DNA of 64,000 bases from an uncultured Eubacteriales bacterium (GTDB lineage Bacteria; Acidobacteriota; Aminicenantia; Aminicenantales; Aminicenantaceae): contig CAYWDH010000005.1 of NCBI GenBank assembly GCA_964456985.1, positions 17,247-81,246 on the forward strand. The letters are read 5' to 3'. Shown one piece after another: positions 1 through 10,900 of the stretch (the stretch's first letter is position 1; every line of letters starts with the position of its first letter). The notes below the pieces were generated by a model, which saw nothing but the letters and a program-made list of their open reading frames with translations, ran no database searches and was not told where the DNA came from. The translations under genes were made by a program, and so were the position numbers.

Positions 1-364
1 TAAAAAGCGCTGGAAGAGATAAAATCAGATTTAAAGACAGAGAAGATGTGGGTGTGCGATTGAGAATATATTCGCTGTTAAAGGTTAATTTATTAAAAGC
101 AATGCCTATGCCCACAATGATCAATACCTGAAGAATTGGAAGGAAGATGCTAATGAACAAATACTTCAATCCTGGGAAGCGCCAGCCCACATCACGCAGT
201 TTGTCTTTCTTTGAAAACAGGATGAAAATCAATGCCAATATCATGGGAATCACCATAACAATCGTCATGGGACTTTCACCCCATCCGAAATGACTTATGG
301 CAATGACAGTCAGCCAGCTGGTGAGAAGAACAGATGCAATGAAGATGAGTATTTTTTTATCCAT
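1..364 (-). CDS. Membrane protein, partial (runs off window); possible CPBP/CAAX intramembrane protease N-terminus
   Basis: Own translation from ATG at 364: MDKKILIFIASVLLTSWLTVIAISHFGWGESPMTIVMVIPMILALIFILFSKKDKLRDVGWRFPGLKYLFISIFLP. Several hydrophobic segments; catalytic motifs would lie outside the window. Confidence 0.55.
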   Translation of the reverse strand, partial: MDKKILIFIASVLLTSWLTVIAISHFGWGESPMTIVMVIPMILALIFILFSKKDKLRDVGWRFPGLKYLFISIFLPILQVLIIVGIGIAFNKLTFNSEYILNRTPTSSLSLNLILSLPALF

Positions 365-367
365 CCC

Positions 368-2125
368 TTATCTTATGTCCACCTCTTTCCATTTTGATTT
401 GTCCCCGCTGTTTTGATCCCACTCAGGGTACTCTGACGTTTCCTCTTCTCCCTGAAGTTCAGCTTTTGAATTCCCCGGATACCACCAATGTTTTTCAATA
501 TCATTATAGACTATAGATCCCATCCATTCCCAATCAATTACATTCAGCGGAACCCATTCACTGCCTTCCCCAACCGGTTTGTACATCAAATACATCTTGC
601 TTTTCTGGTGTTTTTTGAATTCAAACAGCATGCCCTCACCTTCATTTGTTTCCGGGGCTATGACTGCAGGTTTATCCAAAGCATTTTTACCGGATTGGTA
701 AGGATAACAGTGGTCCAGTCCCATCCTCACTTCTGCCCATTTCTGCCTATTGAAATATTCATATTCCATATAATCCTCTACAAGCTGCACCCATTGGAAT
801 TCTCCCTCATCGCTGGACTCACATTTAAAAGTAATGCCGTTGTATTGGAGCCCCACCATCTTTTTGGGTTCCTCATAAGCCTCATCTATCCAGCATTCTT
901 TTGCAGATAGTTTTGCCCCTGATGTCAACTCTCCAAAAGTGGAGCCGCTTGATGGCTCCACTGTAAGTTTGTATTCCGGCCTGCTGATATTAAACTCGGT
1001 CTCCGCTGTGATGGTTTCTCCTTTGACCTCAGCCTCACATTTGACTTTTCCTTTACCTTTATCTGTCCAGTAAAAAACAATATTCGGTCGATTCAAGTCT
1101 TCCTGGCTCAGGTGAATAACTTTTCCCTGTTCTTTGGAAGCCTCAAATCTCTTTATATATTTTCTTTGATCAGAATTCCCATCATCAAGAGTCCAAATCT
1201 GGGACTGCGGTTTGCCTTCGGATTCGGGAAGAACTCTGCATTCCAATTCAATCTTCTCGCCCACTTTGACATCCTGATTTTTTTTATCCGTGATATTGAT
1301 CTCCTCCCCTTCTTGATTTCTGTACCAGATCTGAAGAATGGGTTTGGTGTATCCGAACGACCAACTGACTCTATGTTTGACCTCATTCCCACCTTTAGGC
1401 GGACCCAATGATTTGAAGCCCTGGAAGTCTTTGATATCCACATCACTGAAACCTTCATCTGATTCCCATGTATAAGAACCGCTCATTGTTGATGCAGTCA
1501 ATTCTTTAAAAATCCCAACATGAAAAGGAATAACCCCTCTCTCAGTATGGGCCGGTCCGTCGCACAGACCAAACTGGAATGTCGCATTGAATCCTCCGGA
1601 AAGCGTAACACTATAGTTGTCACTGTGAGTATTTTTATCTTCTTCCTCCAGGATGGCCTTCGCCACTTCTGCGCCTCTTCCCATTTGCTGAAGAGCCGCG
1701 ATTTTTCCCAGTTGTCCTAAATGGACCTCCATAAGAAAACCATTCAAACTTTGGGAAGATGAAGTGATGGGGATAGTGTCAGATCCCTCTATTCTGTTTA
1801 TAACTTTACCGTAACATTCACTATCAGGATTTTCCATAATTTCCTCATTATTAATCCTGGCAAAGGCCTGCATATCAACCGGTTCGTATCTCAGCAGTTC
1901 ATCTTCCTCCTCAAACAACCTGGCTTTTCCGGTGACCTGAAGCATAAAAGTTCCCTTGCTCCTGAGATTCCCGCCGCTTTTCGGAGGGTGATCCCATTCA
2001 ATATTGACCTGGATCTGTATGGGAATGATTTTCTTTAACTCCACAGGAAACAAAAAAGCCGGAACGGCTAAAACAAGCAGGATAAATACAATGATCTTTT
2101 GTCCTAGAAATCTCATGAGATTCAT
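368..2125 (-). CDS. Secreted hypothetical protein (585 aa)
   Basis: Long ORF with an N-terminal hydrophobic signal-like segment; no family recognised. Confidence 0.75.
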   Translation of the reverse strand: MNLMRFLGQKIIVFILLVLAVPAFLFPVELKKIIPIQIQVNIEWDHPPKSGGNLRSKGTFMLQVTGKARLFEEEDELLRYEPVDMQAFARINNEEIMENPDSECYGKVINRIEGSDTIPITSSSQSLNGFLMEVHLGQLGKIAALQQMGRGAEVAKAILEEEDKNTHSDNYSVTLSGGFNATFQFGLCDGPAHTERGVIPFHVGIFKELTASTMSGSYTWESDEGFSDVDIKDFQGFKSLGPPKGGNEVKHRVSWSFGYTKPILQIWYRNQEGEEINITDKKNQDVKVGEKIELECRVLPESEGKPQSQIWTLDDGNSDQRKYIKRFEASKEQGKVIHLSQEDLNRPNIVFYWTDKGKGKVKCEAEVKGETITAETEFNISRPEYKLTVEPSSGSTFGELTSGAKLSAKECWIDEAYEEPKKMVGLQYNGITFKCESSDEGEFQWVQLVEDYMEYEYFNRQKWAEVRMGLDHCYPYQSGKNALDKPAVIAPETNEGEGMLFEFKKHQKSKMYLMYKPVGEGSEWVPLNVIDWEWMGSIVYNDIEKHWWYPGNSKAELQGEEETSEYPEWDQNSGDKSKWKEVDIR

Positions 2126-2314
2126 GATACCCCCTTTTTAAAACGGAGCATTTTTGATTTAAAAAGATTATCAGACTGAAGTCAAAAATTCAATTGAAAA
2201 TTTACCCATCATAATCCGAGTCACACATAACATTTGTTTCTTGCTCCTGATTGATTATAATAACATCAGACTGTACATCAGAGAAGACATCGCTGTTTTT
2301 TACTAAGGAGATTT

Positions 2315-2908
2315 ATGAAACTTCTAGGAGTAAATGGAAGCCCAAGAGTAGCCGGAAATACAGATATCCTCCTGGATAAATCATTGGAAGCAGCTGGAGA
2401 CTCCGGCTGGATAACAGAAAAGATCATCCTGAATAAGCTGAATATCACGACCCCTCAAGAAGAAGAATACTATGCAGTCAATGCAGACGGCCTCTCCCCC
2501 ATTGAAGACGACATGCATATCGTCTATAAAAAAGTCAAAGAATGTGATGCGCTTATCATTGCGTCCCCTATTTTTTTCGGAAGCCTGTCCGCTCAGACAA
2601 AAATCATGATCGACCGGTTTCAGTGCGCATGGGTCTCTAAAAATATTTTAAAAAAAGATCCCTTCAAAAAGAAAAAAAAAGGAGCCTTCATCTGCACATC
2701 CGCAGCCCGCAGAAAAGACTTTTTCCAGAACGCCAGATCTATTGTCAGAAACTTATTCCAGGTCATAAATGCAAAATATGAAGGAGAGCTTTTTTGTCCC
2801 GGCCTTGAAAAAAAGGGAGAGGTCAAAAAATATCCGGAATTTCTGGAAAGCGCCTATGATCTGGGAAAGAAAATCACTTCAACAGAAAAAGATTTAAGGC
2901 CGTCTTAA
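2315..2908 (+). CDS. Flavodoxin-fold NADPH-dependent FMN reductase / iron-sulfur-flavoprotein-like protein
   Basis: GSPRxxGNT FMN-binding loop, ASPIFFGSLSAQTKIMIDR motif, RBS aaggag. The usual Cys cluster is absent. Confidence 0.85.
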   Translation: MKLLGVNGSPRVAGNTDILLDKSLEAAGDSGWITEKIILNKLNITTPQEEEYYAVNADGLSPIEDDMHIVYKKVKECDALIIASPIFFGSLSAQTKIMIDRFQCAWVSKNILKKDPFKKKKKGAFICTSAARRKDFFQNARSIVRNLFQVINAKYEGELFCPGLEKKGEVKKYPEFLESAYDLGKKITSTEKDLRPS

Positions 2909-3618
2909 ATCATATCCCTCAACGATTCCAGCCGGGAAATCAGATCCCTTGTGGCAGCCCTAACGAATTCCTCCAGCGCATCTTTTTCCACTGTTTGATA
3001 GGAAATACCCTCATAAAAAGTGGTTTCTTTTTTCAAATAAGCACTGTTCGGAGAAACCTCGACCACACAGCCATCCGGACAGGGCGCATAGTGAAAAGTA
3101 AAATGACCGGCTAATTCATTATTCTGGATCAAAATGAATCTGAAGGTGACTTTTGCCCCAAAGGCACTCACAGATGCGTTATCAGGAAAAAGCCTCTGCT
3201 CTCCTTCGTATGTATAAAACTTATTGGTTTTATACGTAACATCCGTACCCAACTTCACCAATTCTAAGATCATGTCCGTATTGGTTCTCCGGCTCATTTC
3301 CATATAACTGATTTTATCATCCGACCTGCTCATGATCTCTTCAAAAAGAGCCCTGTCACTCACTTGAAATCCTGCTTTTATTAATTCTTCCTCAATCGCC
3401 GCATACAGAAGGTCATTGTTTCCCGATTCAGTAGCCACCAGCTCCGGATTCGGAACCCTGAGAACTATCTTCGGGGATGTATGATTTTTTATGAATTCCT
3501 TCAAACTGGGTGTGTATACCATTTCCGGCTCGGGCGGCACAAACTGAACATAACCCTGATAACATCCGCCAAAGAGAGAAGCTAAGACTACTAAAAATAT
3601 TCCAATTCTTGGCTTCAT
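2905..3618 (-). CDS. Putative lipoprotein
   Basis: Basic N-terminus, hydrophobic core, lipobox LFGG-C. Confidence 0.7.
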   Translation of the reverse strand: MKPRIGIFLVVLASLFGGCYQGYVQFVPPEPEMVYTPSLKEFIKNHTSPKIVLRVPNPELVATESGNNDLLYAAIEEELIKAGFQVSDRALFEEIMSRSDDKISYMEMSRRTNTDMILELVKLGTDVTYKTNKFYTYEGEQRLFPDNASVSAFGAKVTFRFILIQNNELAGHFTFHYAPCPDGCVVEVSPNSAYLKKETTFYEGISYQTVEKDALEEFVRAATRDLISRLESLRDMI

Positions 3619-3819
3619 TGTACCCCCTTATCCCTAAGCATTTTTATTTTGCACTTCTCCTCATTCTTTCATACATAAAAGCTTGTTCGTTCGTCTTTTA
3701 TTATAGTCATTTCAAACATAGAAATAAAGTTTCATTTCATGCCTTGTTTTTAAGTTGAAATCCCTCCTCATAAATCTTAAGATAAATCACAGAAATAATG
3801 CCATTATAAAGGAGCGAAT

Positions 3820-4485
3820 ATGAAAGAACCCAAATGCGCCAAATGCCCTCAAAAATACTGCAATCAGGGAATAACCGATGAAAAGGAACTCCCGGATTTC
3901 TGCCCTATGATCCACTTTAAGTCCTTAATCAAATCCACATCAGAACAATATAGGGACAAAAATATCAAGGATTTCTTTTATAAATCCGCGATCACTGAAA
4001 AAGAGGCCTATGATGAATACGCCGCCCGCAGTCTGGGAAAAAGCATCCCGGTACGCCCAAGGATCAGAGAAATATCTGAGTTTGCCAAAAAAATAGGAGC
4101 CAAAAAATTGGGGATGGCGTTCTGCATAGGCCTTGCAGAAGAGGCAAAGAGGGCTTCCGCCATACTTGAAAGCCACGGCCTTAATGTCTGCTCTGCAGTC
4201 TGCAGCTGCGGAGCTGTGGATAAAACAGAACTGGGAGTGCCTGCTGAAAAAAAGATCAGAAATCCCGAACTATTTGAAGCTTCCTGCAATCCCCTCCTTC
4301 AGGCTGAGATTTTTAACACCCTTGACACTGACTTTAACATCATTGTGGGCCTCTGCATCGGACATGACATGCTGTTTACCAAACATTCCAGGGCGCCGGT
4401 GACCACACTTATCGTTAAAGACAGGTTTACAGGCCATAACCCTGTTATCACTCTTTATTCCAGATACCACAGAGACCTTGTCTGA
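3820..4485 (+). CDS. DUF1847 family Cys-rich metal-binding protein
   Basis: CxxC..C N-terminus, GMAFCIGL, CSCG, CNP..QA and GLCIGHD motifs. Confidence 0.85.
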   Translation: MKEPKCAKCPQKYCNQGITDEKELPDFCPMIHFKSLIKSTSEQYRDKNIKDFFYKSAITEKEAYDEYAARSLGKSIPVRPRIREISEFAKKIGAKKLGMAFCIGLAEEAKRASAILESHGLNVCSAVCSCGAVDKTELGVPAEKKIRNPELFEASCNPLLQAEIFNTLDTDFNIIVGLCIGHDMLFTKHSRAPVTTLIVKDRFTGHNPVITLYSRYHRDLV

Positions 4486-4569
4486 ACGGATGAAAAACAA
4501 TTGAATTTAAAGACACCTCTTATTAAAATAAGAGAGGATTGTTATCCCAATAAATAAAAGGAGGGTTTT

Positions 4570-5118
4570 ATGAAAAAAACAGTCCTTTTTTCCACCCTGG
4601 TCATATTTGCCTTTGCATCATCAATCATTTCCTCCCCACCCGCATCACCCCCTGCGGTGGAGGTCACCATACTGAACGTCACTCCCTTTGCTTTCTGCAG
4701 CCTGCCGCACAAAGGGCCCTATTCTGATATAGGAGCTGTGATCACAGAGCTGATTAACAACATGCAGAACCAGAACATAACTCCACAGGGTCCTCCTATT
4801 TCCATATACTACAGCATACCTGAAGACACGCCGGAGGCCGAGCTGGAATGGGAAGTGGGCTTTCCCATCACGCCTCAATCCGAACCTCAGGCACCGCTCC
4901 AAAAAAAAATATGGGATTACCCGCTCGTGGCCCAAGCCGTGCATATCGGAGCTTATGAAAAATCTGGAGATACCATACTGGAAATGCTGGAATGGATGGA
5001 GGCAAACCGGTATGTTCAGGACGGACCGATTCTGGGCAAATACCTGAATATGCCCTCACCTGATACGCCATCTGACAAGTTAAGGACAGAAATCTGGATC
5101 CCATGTAAAAGAAACTGA
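4570..5118 (+). CDS. Exported GyrI-like small-molecule-binding domain protein
   Basis: Signal peptide; HKGPY, HIGAY and LRTEIWIP motifs typical of the GyrI-like fold. Confidence 0.8.
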   Translation: MKKTVLFSTLVIFAFASSIISSPPASPPAVEVTILNVTPFAFCSLPHKGPYSDIGAVITELINNMQNQNITPQGPPISIYYSIPEDTPEAELEWEVGFPITPQSEPQAPLQKKIWDYPLVAQAVHIGAYEKSGDTILEMLEWMEANRYVQDGPILGKYLNMPSPDTPSDKLRTEIWIPCKRN

Positions 5119-5200
5119 GCGCTTTTCATTTTTCAGATTTGACTCAAATTTGATATTGATATATATCATTACACTTACCTGAGAAAAAAGGAGTTAATGA

Positions 5201-5602
5201 ATGGAAAAAACGCTGGCCATTATCAAGCCTGACGCAGTGAAAAAGAAACTCACAGGCACTATCATCAAGCGGATAGAAGAGGAAGGATTTGATATACTCG
5301 AATTGAAGATGACCCTTCTCAACAAAGAGGAAGCCAAAGGCTTTTATGCGGTTCACAAAGACAAGCCTTTTTTTAACAGCTTAACTGACTTTATGTCTTC
5401 GGGAAAAATCGTTCTCATGGTGCTGGAGAGGGAAAACGCCATTGAAAAGTGGCGCCAGGTCATGGGAGTGACTGACCCTGCGCTGGCCGAGCCTGGGACG
5501 CTCCGGCATAAATACGGATTCTCCATAGAACGAAACGCCACCCACGGCTCTGACGCCCCTGAAACAGCCGAATGGGAGATCAAGTATTTTTTCCCACAAT
5601 AA
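5201..5602 (+). CDS. ndk: Nucleoside diphosphate kinase
   Basis: EKTLAIIKPDAV, PGTLR and NATHGSD catalytic His motif. Confidence 0.97.
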   Translation: MEKTLAIIKPDAVKKKLTGTIIKRIEEEGFDILELKMTLLNKEEAKGFYAVHKDKPFFNSLTDFMSSGKIVLMVLERENAIEKWRQVMGVTDPALAEPGTLRHKYGFSIERNATHGSDAPETAEWEIKYFFPQ

Positions 5603-5627
5603 ATAGCCGTAAGGGAGCTCAAAAGCC

Positions 5628-7070
5628 GTGACCGTCATTTTTATCGGGTACCTGGCGCTGACCCTGGGACTCGGCCTCTGGCAGTCTCTCAAAACAAAAA
5701 CCCAGTCTGATTTTGTACTGGGAAGCTCAAAGCTTCCGGGCTGGATGCTCGCTCTCTCTGAAAGGGCTACGGGCGAATCAGCATGGCTTCTCTTGGGGCT
5801 TACGGGATTCATCTATTCCACAGGCCTCTCCGGGATCTGGACCTGTGTGGGATGCCTTCTGGGGATCAGCACTGCCTGGATCGTTCTGGCCCGAAAATTC
5901 CGCCGCGAAGCCAAACAGTACAACGCCATGACCATGCCCGAGTATTTCTCTGCAAAATTCAAAGAAAAAGCCAACACCATACGCATCCTTTCCACGATCA
6001 TCATCGTTTTCTTTTTCATCTTCTATGTAGGTGCCCAATTTGCAGGCGCCGGTAAAACCATATTCAAAACATTCGGGCTTGACCCTTTCTGGGGCATTGT
6101 GATCGCCGCAGCCATCATACTCATATACGCCACAGCCGGCGGATTCATCAGCGTAGTGGCTGTGGATACTCTCCAGTCCCTCCTCATGATCACGACGCTC
6201 ATCGTCACTCCCATTATCATGCTGGTGCTTGTGTTCCATGAGCCCGTAAGCATTGGAGAAGCACTCAGAGAGGCCGGGGGCGGAAGACTCTCTCTCACCG
6301 GAGGACTCACAGGATTCGGGGCCGGCCTTTTGATCTTTAACAATATCGCCTGGTTCTTCGGATACCTCGGAGGCCAGCCCCAGCTCAATGCCCGGTTTAT
6401 GGGAATGAGGGACGACCGCCAGGTCAAAATCGGCCGGAATATCGCAGTGGGATGGACAGCTCTCGCATATATCGGAGTGGTCGTCATCGGAGTGAGCGCG
6501 GTGGTGCTCTTCGGTCCGAACGCTGTCACAGACCCTGAAATGATCCTCCCCCATGTCCTCACACATCTATTCCCGGGCTGGCTGGCAGCCATTCTTCTGG
6601 CAGGAGCTGTGGCGGCTATGATCTCAACAGCCCAGAGCATGCTTCTCGTGGCCTCATCATCCATAAGCCAGGATGTCTACAACGGAATCATCAAAAAAGG
6701 AAAGGCCGAAGACAGAAAACTGCTCTTCCTCTCAAGAGGGGCCACTCTCGGAATAGGGCTTCTTGGATTGATCCTGGCCCTCACCACTTCCGAGCTTATC
6801 TACTACATTGTCAGCTATGCATGGGCGGGAATCGGATGCTCCTTTGCACCGGCTGTGCTTCTTTCTTTTTACTGGGACCGGTTCAGCTCAAAAGGCGTTG
6901 TCACAGCGCTCAGCACAGGGCTTGTGACCACCATCGTCTGGATCCTCACCGGATTGGACAGCGAAGTTACCGCCCGGGCTGCCACGTTTATTGCAGCCAT
7001 GGGGCTTGCTGTTCTGGTGACGCTTTTATCAAAAGATAAGAAAACAGACCCCTTAAACCTTAAGGATTAA
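5628..7070 (+). CDS. Sodium:solute symporter, proline (PutP) family
   Basis: About 13 hydrophobic segments; ALSERATGESAWLLLGL, GYLGGQPQ..RFM and AAMIST motifs. Confidence 0.9.
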   Translation: MTVIFIGYLALTLGLGLWQSLKTKTQSDFVLGSSKLPGWMLALSERATGESAWLLLGLTGFIYSTGLSGIWTCVGCLLGISTAWIVLARKFRREAKQYNAMTMPEYFSAKFKEKANTIRILSTIIIVFFFIFYVGAQFAGAGKTIFKTFGLDPFWGIVIAAAIILIYATAGGFISVVAVDTLQSLLMITTLIVTPIIMLVLVFHEPVSIGEALREAGGGRLSLTGGLTGFGAGLLIFNNIAWFFGYLGGQPQLNARFMGMRDDRQVKIGRNIAVGWTALAYIGVVVIGVSAVVLFGPNAVTDPEMILPHVLTHLFPGWLAAILLAGAVAAMISTAQSMLLVASSSISQDVYNGIIKKGKAEDRKLLFLSRGATLGIGLLGLILALTTSELIYYIVSYAWAGIGCSFAPAVLLSFYWDRFSSKGVVTALSTGLVTTIVWILTGLDSEVTARAATFIAAMGLAVLVTLLSKDKKTDPLNLKD

Positions 7071-7077
7071 CCTTTAT

Positions 7078-7101
7078 CAGGGGGGGTGAAAAAAGCCCCC
7101 T
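7078..7101 (+). terminator. GC-rich hairpin after the symporter (probable terminator)
   Basis: tcaggggg...ccccctga inverted repeat directly after the stop codon; U-tract is weak. Confidence 0.5.
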
Positions 7102-7256
7102 GAGCGTAAAAAATCCGGGATTTTAAAAAAAATTTGTCAATTTTTTCCTATTGAATCCGACTCAATATATAGAATGAATAGGTCGGATGTATACCATATA
7201 GGGCGCTTTTTAGGGCTTAAGTTGCTGTATATAAAGGAGTTAAGCTTATAATTAAC

Positions 7257-7285
7257 TTGACAAAAAATAAAAAAAAGTCTAGGTT
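7257..7285 (+). promoter_or_regulatory. Sigma70-type promoter for the small secreted-peptide gene
   Basis: TTGACA-N17-TAGGTT with an A-rich spacer. Inverted repeat ATCCGAC-N20-GTCGGAT lies upstream at 7155-7188. Confidence 0.6.
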
Positions 7286-7405
7286 AAAAAAGGTGCCTTG
7301 GATAAAAAAATGACGGGAATAGTTATATTTTCAAGGAGAACAGGTTAGTCCTCCCTCTATTTCTATCATCTCTTTCCAAGGCTCCTAAATTATAGGAGGC
7401 ACATT

Positions 7406-7684
7406 ATGTCTAAAAAAACTCTTTTCAAAGCTGTGAGTTTATTGGTGGTATTTTCAGTTTTGGCTCTGTCTTTACCCAATGCTGCAAATGCTAGAGATAA
7501 CAATGCACGATTCACTTTTTCTCAGCTCATCCAGCACCCTGTGGACTTTATCACATCCCTTTTCCCCTTCCTTCAGAAAAACCAGCAGCCCACAAACACC
7601 CATGACACATATGACCAGGATACCAACAACACCGTACAGAAGACCGGCGATCTTGATATACCGAGGCCAAGCAAAGACGGATAA
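7406..7684 (+). CDS. Small secreted protein / peptide precursor (92 aa)
   Basis: Strong RBS aggagg; Sec signal ending ANA-RD; polar N/T/D/Q-rich spacer; C-terminus KTGDLDIPRPSKDG. Confidence 0.8.
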   Translation: MSKKTLFKAVSLLVVFSVLALSLPNAANARDNNARFTFSQLIQHPVDFITSLFPFLQKNQQPTNTHDTYDQDTNNTVQKTGDLDIPRPSKDG

Positions 7685-7773
7685 ACCCTTACTCCTTCAA
7701 AGCAGTAAAGAATCTAGGATTTTAACAAAGAAATAGAGAATACATAAAAGACACATCAAGGCACATTTTCTTC

Positions 7774-7842
7774 TGCCTCCCCTTTAAGGGTGAGGCACGG
7801 AAGCTATTTTCCCCCCTCTCAATCCTCTTTAAAGGGGATTGA
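7774..7842. repeat. Two adjacent palindromic hairpins (REP-like) between the peptide gene and the CHAT gene
   Basis: tgcctc-ccctttaaggg-t-gaggca at 7774-7797 and tcaatcc-tctttaaagg-ggattga at 7819-7842, both centred on CTTTAA. Confidence 0.55.
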
Positions 7843-7903
7843 CCCCAGGAGAGCATCTTCTATATAATGGCAGTGCCTGATTATAGAGAAGCTCAGATTT
7901 AAA

Positions 7904-10900
7904 ATGTGCGTCCTTAAAAAGTTATTTGCCCTGAACATTACCTGTTTCCTTCTTTTTTCTTACACCTTCCCCGCAAACAAAAGCGCCCCGGAGCCAAATC
8001 CAGAGGTTCTCTATTCCGAATGCTTCTCTTCAGGAGAAAAAGCCCAGCTCAAGGGCGATTTCGAGAAATCTCTTGATCTTTTTGAACAATCTCTGACTCT
8101 GGCCAGGAACATAAAAAGCCTTGAAAAGGAGCTCGATTCCCTGGGAAAAATCGCTCTCATGCTCTGGAACAAAGGAGAATATGAAGAATCCACCCAAAAA
8201 TACAGTGAAGCCCTCTCTCTGGCAAAAAAGAACAAGGACCCGGTCAGACAGAACCAAATGGAGACCATCATCACCATAAACAACCTCTATTCAAAAGGGA
8301 TCAGGCTGCAAAAACAAGATACCTTTCAACAGTCAATCGATACTCTGGAAAAGGCTGTTTCTTTATGCCGAGAGAACGGATTGAAAGAGCATGAGCTTAA
8401 ATGCCTCAGGTATTTAAGCTATTCCTATTATGAAACAGGTAGTTATCTAGACTTTAAAAAACTCAACGAACAGGCTCTGACAATTGCAAAAAAAATAAAC
8501 CATAATAAAGAAATCGGCAAATGCTCCAACAACATCGGTATTTATCATTTAAAATATAAAAATTATTCCCAGGCCCTCCTTTATTATGAAGAATCATTGA
8601 ATATCGCAAAGGAATACAACAATAAGCTCGAGATCGCCAACTGCTCCAACAACATCGGCATCATCTACAAGAATATCGGAAACTATGACAAAGCCCTTGA
8701 TTATTTTAACAAAGCGCTAGTAATCGACCGGGAATTTGGTGATGAACTATATATAGCCATTGACCTAAACGGAATCGGCACTGTCTACAGAAATTTGGGT
8801 CTGTCATCCGAAAAAAAGGAATACTTTGAAAAAGCTCTTGATAATTATAATGAATGTCTTGGTTTATTCAGAAAAATGAAAGACTTAAAAAAAGAAGTCG
8901 TTGTCCTCAACAACATCGGCTCTGTGTATTCAGACCTGTATGAATACTTCGGAGATGAAAATCATTTCCATCAAGCGCAGAGGACCTTTGAGGAAGCCTT
9001 AAAAAAAGCAGAAACACTCAAAGACAATGAATCCATGGGCATGATCCTCAACAATATCGGCATCATCCACTCCAACAAGGGAAATTTCGACGAATCCACA
9101 AAATATTTCCAAGAGGCCATTGACCTGGCCTTAAAAATAGAAGGAGGAAAAATCCTCTGGGAAGCATATCTGGAATTAGCCCAGGTCTACAGAAAGCAAA
9201 ACCGGATCAAAGAAGCCAGGGAATATTTCAACCGCTCCATATCCATTATCGAAGATATCCGTTCCAACATCAAACTGGAAGAACTGAAAGCCAGTTTTTT
9301 AGGCTCTTACAAACGAATGAAAGCGTATCACGGCCTCATCCACATCCTTTTTTCTCTCAATAAACAGGAACCAGGAGAAAATCACGACCGGGAGGCTTTT
9401 GACTTTCTTGAGAGGGCTAAAGCCAGGGCTTTCTTAGACAGGCTCGAATTATCCCAGGTCAATATATCCCAGTACATTGATTTTAAACTTCAGAACCAGG
9501 AAAAAGAGCTCATGAAAGACATCTCCGGTATATACCAGAAACTTCTCGACTCCGATCTTACCTCTCAGGAAAGTGTGAACCTGCATGAGGAACTAACCAA
9601 AAAAGAAGATGAACTGGAAACACTGAAACGGAAAATCAGAAACACAAGCCCTGCTTATGCCAATCTCAGGTATCCTGAAATCATCTCTTTAAAAAATGCC
9701 CAAAAAATGCTGGATAAAAAAACAGCTTTTTTCGAATATTTGATCAGTGAAGAAAGCTCCTATCTCTTCGTTGTGACCAAGGATAAGTTGAATATCTATT
9801 CATTACCAGACAGGGAACAGGTCCAGGCTCTGGTTTCAAATTACATAAGGAAAATATCGGATAGGGAAAACTCCGATTTCGCCGAAGGATATACCCTGTA
9901 TGAAGACCTTGTTTCTCCCGGCCTTAAGAATAAAGATATAAAGAAAATAATATTTATCCCGGATGACATCCTTAACTTCCTTCCGTTCGAAGCTTTGATC
10001 ACAGAACCGGATTCAAAGAAATGGCTGATCCGCGATTTTAATATGGCCTATTGCCCTTCGATTTCTTCCCTTCAGGAGATCATAAAAAGAAAAAAAGCTA
10101 ATGGATACAAAAGACACAAAGACCTTCTTGCTCTGGGGGATCCTTACTTCAAATCCATACAAAACGGAAACAATGGGAGGCAAATTTTAGGTCAGTTCGA
10201 TTTCCAGCGGTTAAAATACAGCGGAACAGAAATCGACCGGATCAGCAGCCTGTTCAAAGACGCCAAAAAAACAGTGCTCAAAAGAAACAAAGCCACTGAA
10301 GAAACATTGAAAAAGACTAACCTGGAGGATTATAAAATCATCCATCTCGCCACCCACAGCCTTATTGATGACAAACGCCCTTTCCGCTCATCCATCATAC
10401 TAGCCCTGGATGACAATCCTCAGGAAGACGGTTTTCTGCAGACAAGAGAGATCTACAACATCAGCATGAATTCAGACCTGGTGGTGCTTTCTGCCTGTGA
10501 AACAGGGCTCGGTCAGTTCATAAAAGGCGAAGGCATTGAAGGAATCAACCGATCTTTTTTCTACGCGGGTTCCTCAGCTGTATTGATGAGCCTGTGGCAG
10601 GTCAATGACCAGGCCACCTATCAACTGATGGAGCGCTTCTACACCCATCTGCGCTCCTCAAAATCCATTATTGATTCTTTGAGAAAGACCAAGCTGGAAC
10701 TGATTGACTCTGAAGCCCTCTCCCATCCTTATTACTGGGCAGGATTCATTGCATCCGGCAAGACCGATCAGAAAGTATTCCTCAGTTCCACTCCATATAT
10801 TATACTGATTGGCACAGCACTGCTTGCGGCCTTGATATTTTTTTTCTTTCTCAGCCGCAAACACAAAATAGCACTAACCTCTCGTAATCCTCAAAATTTT

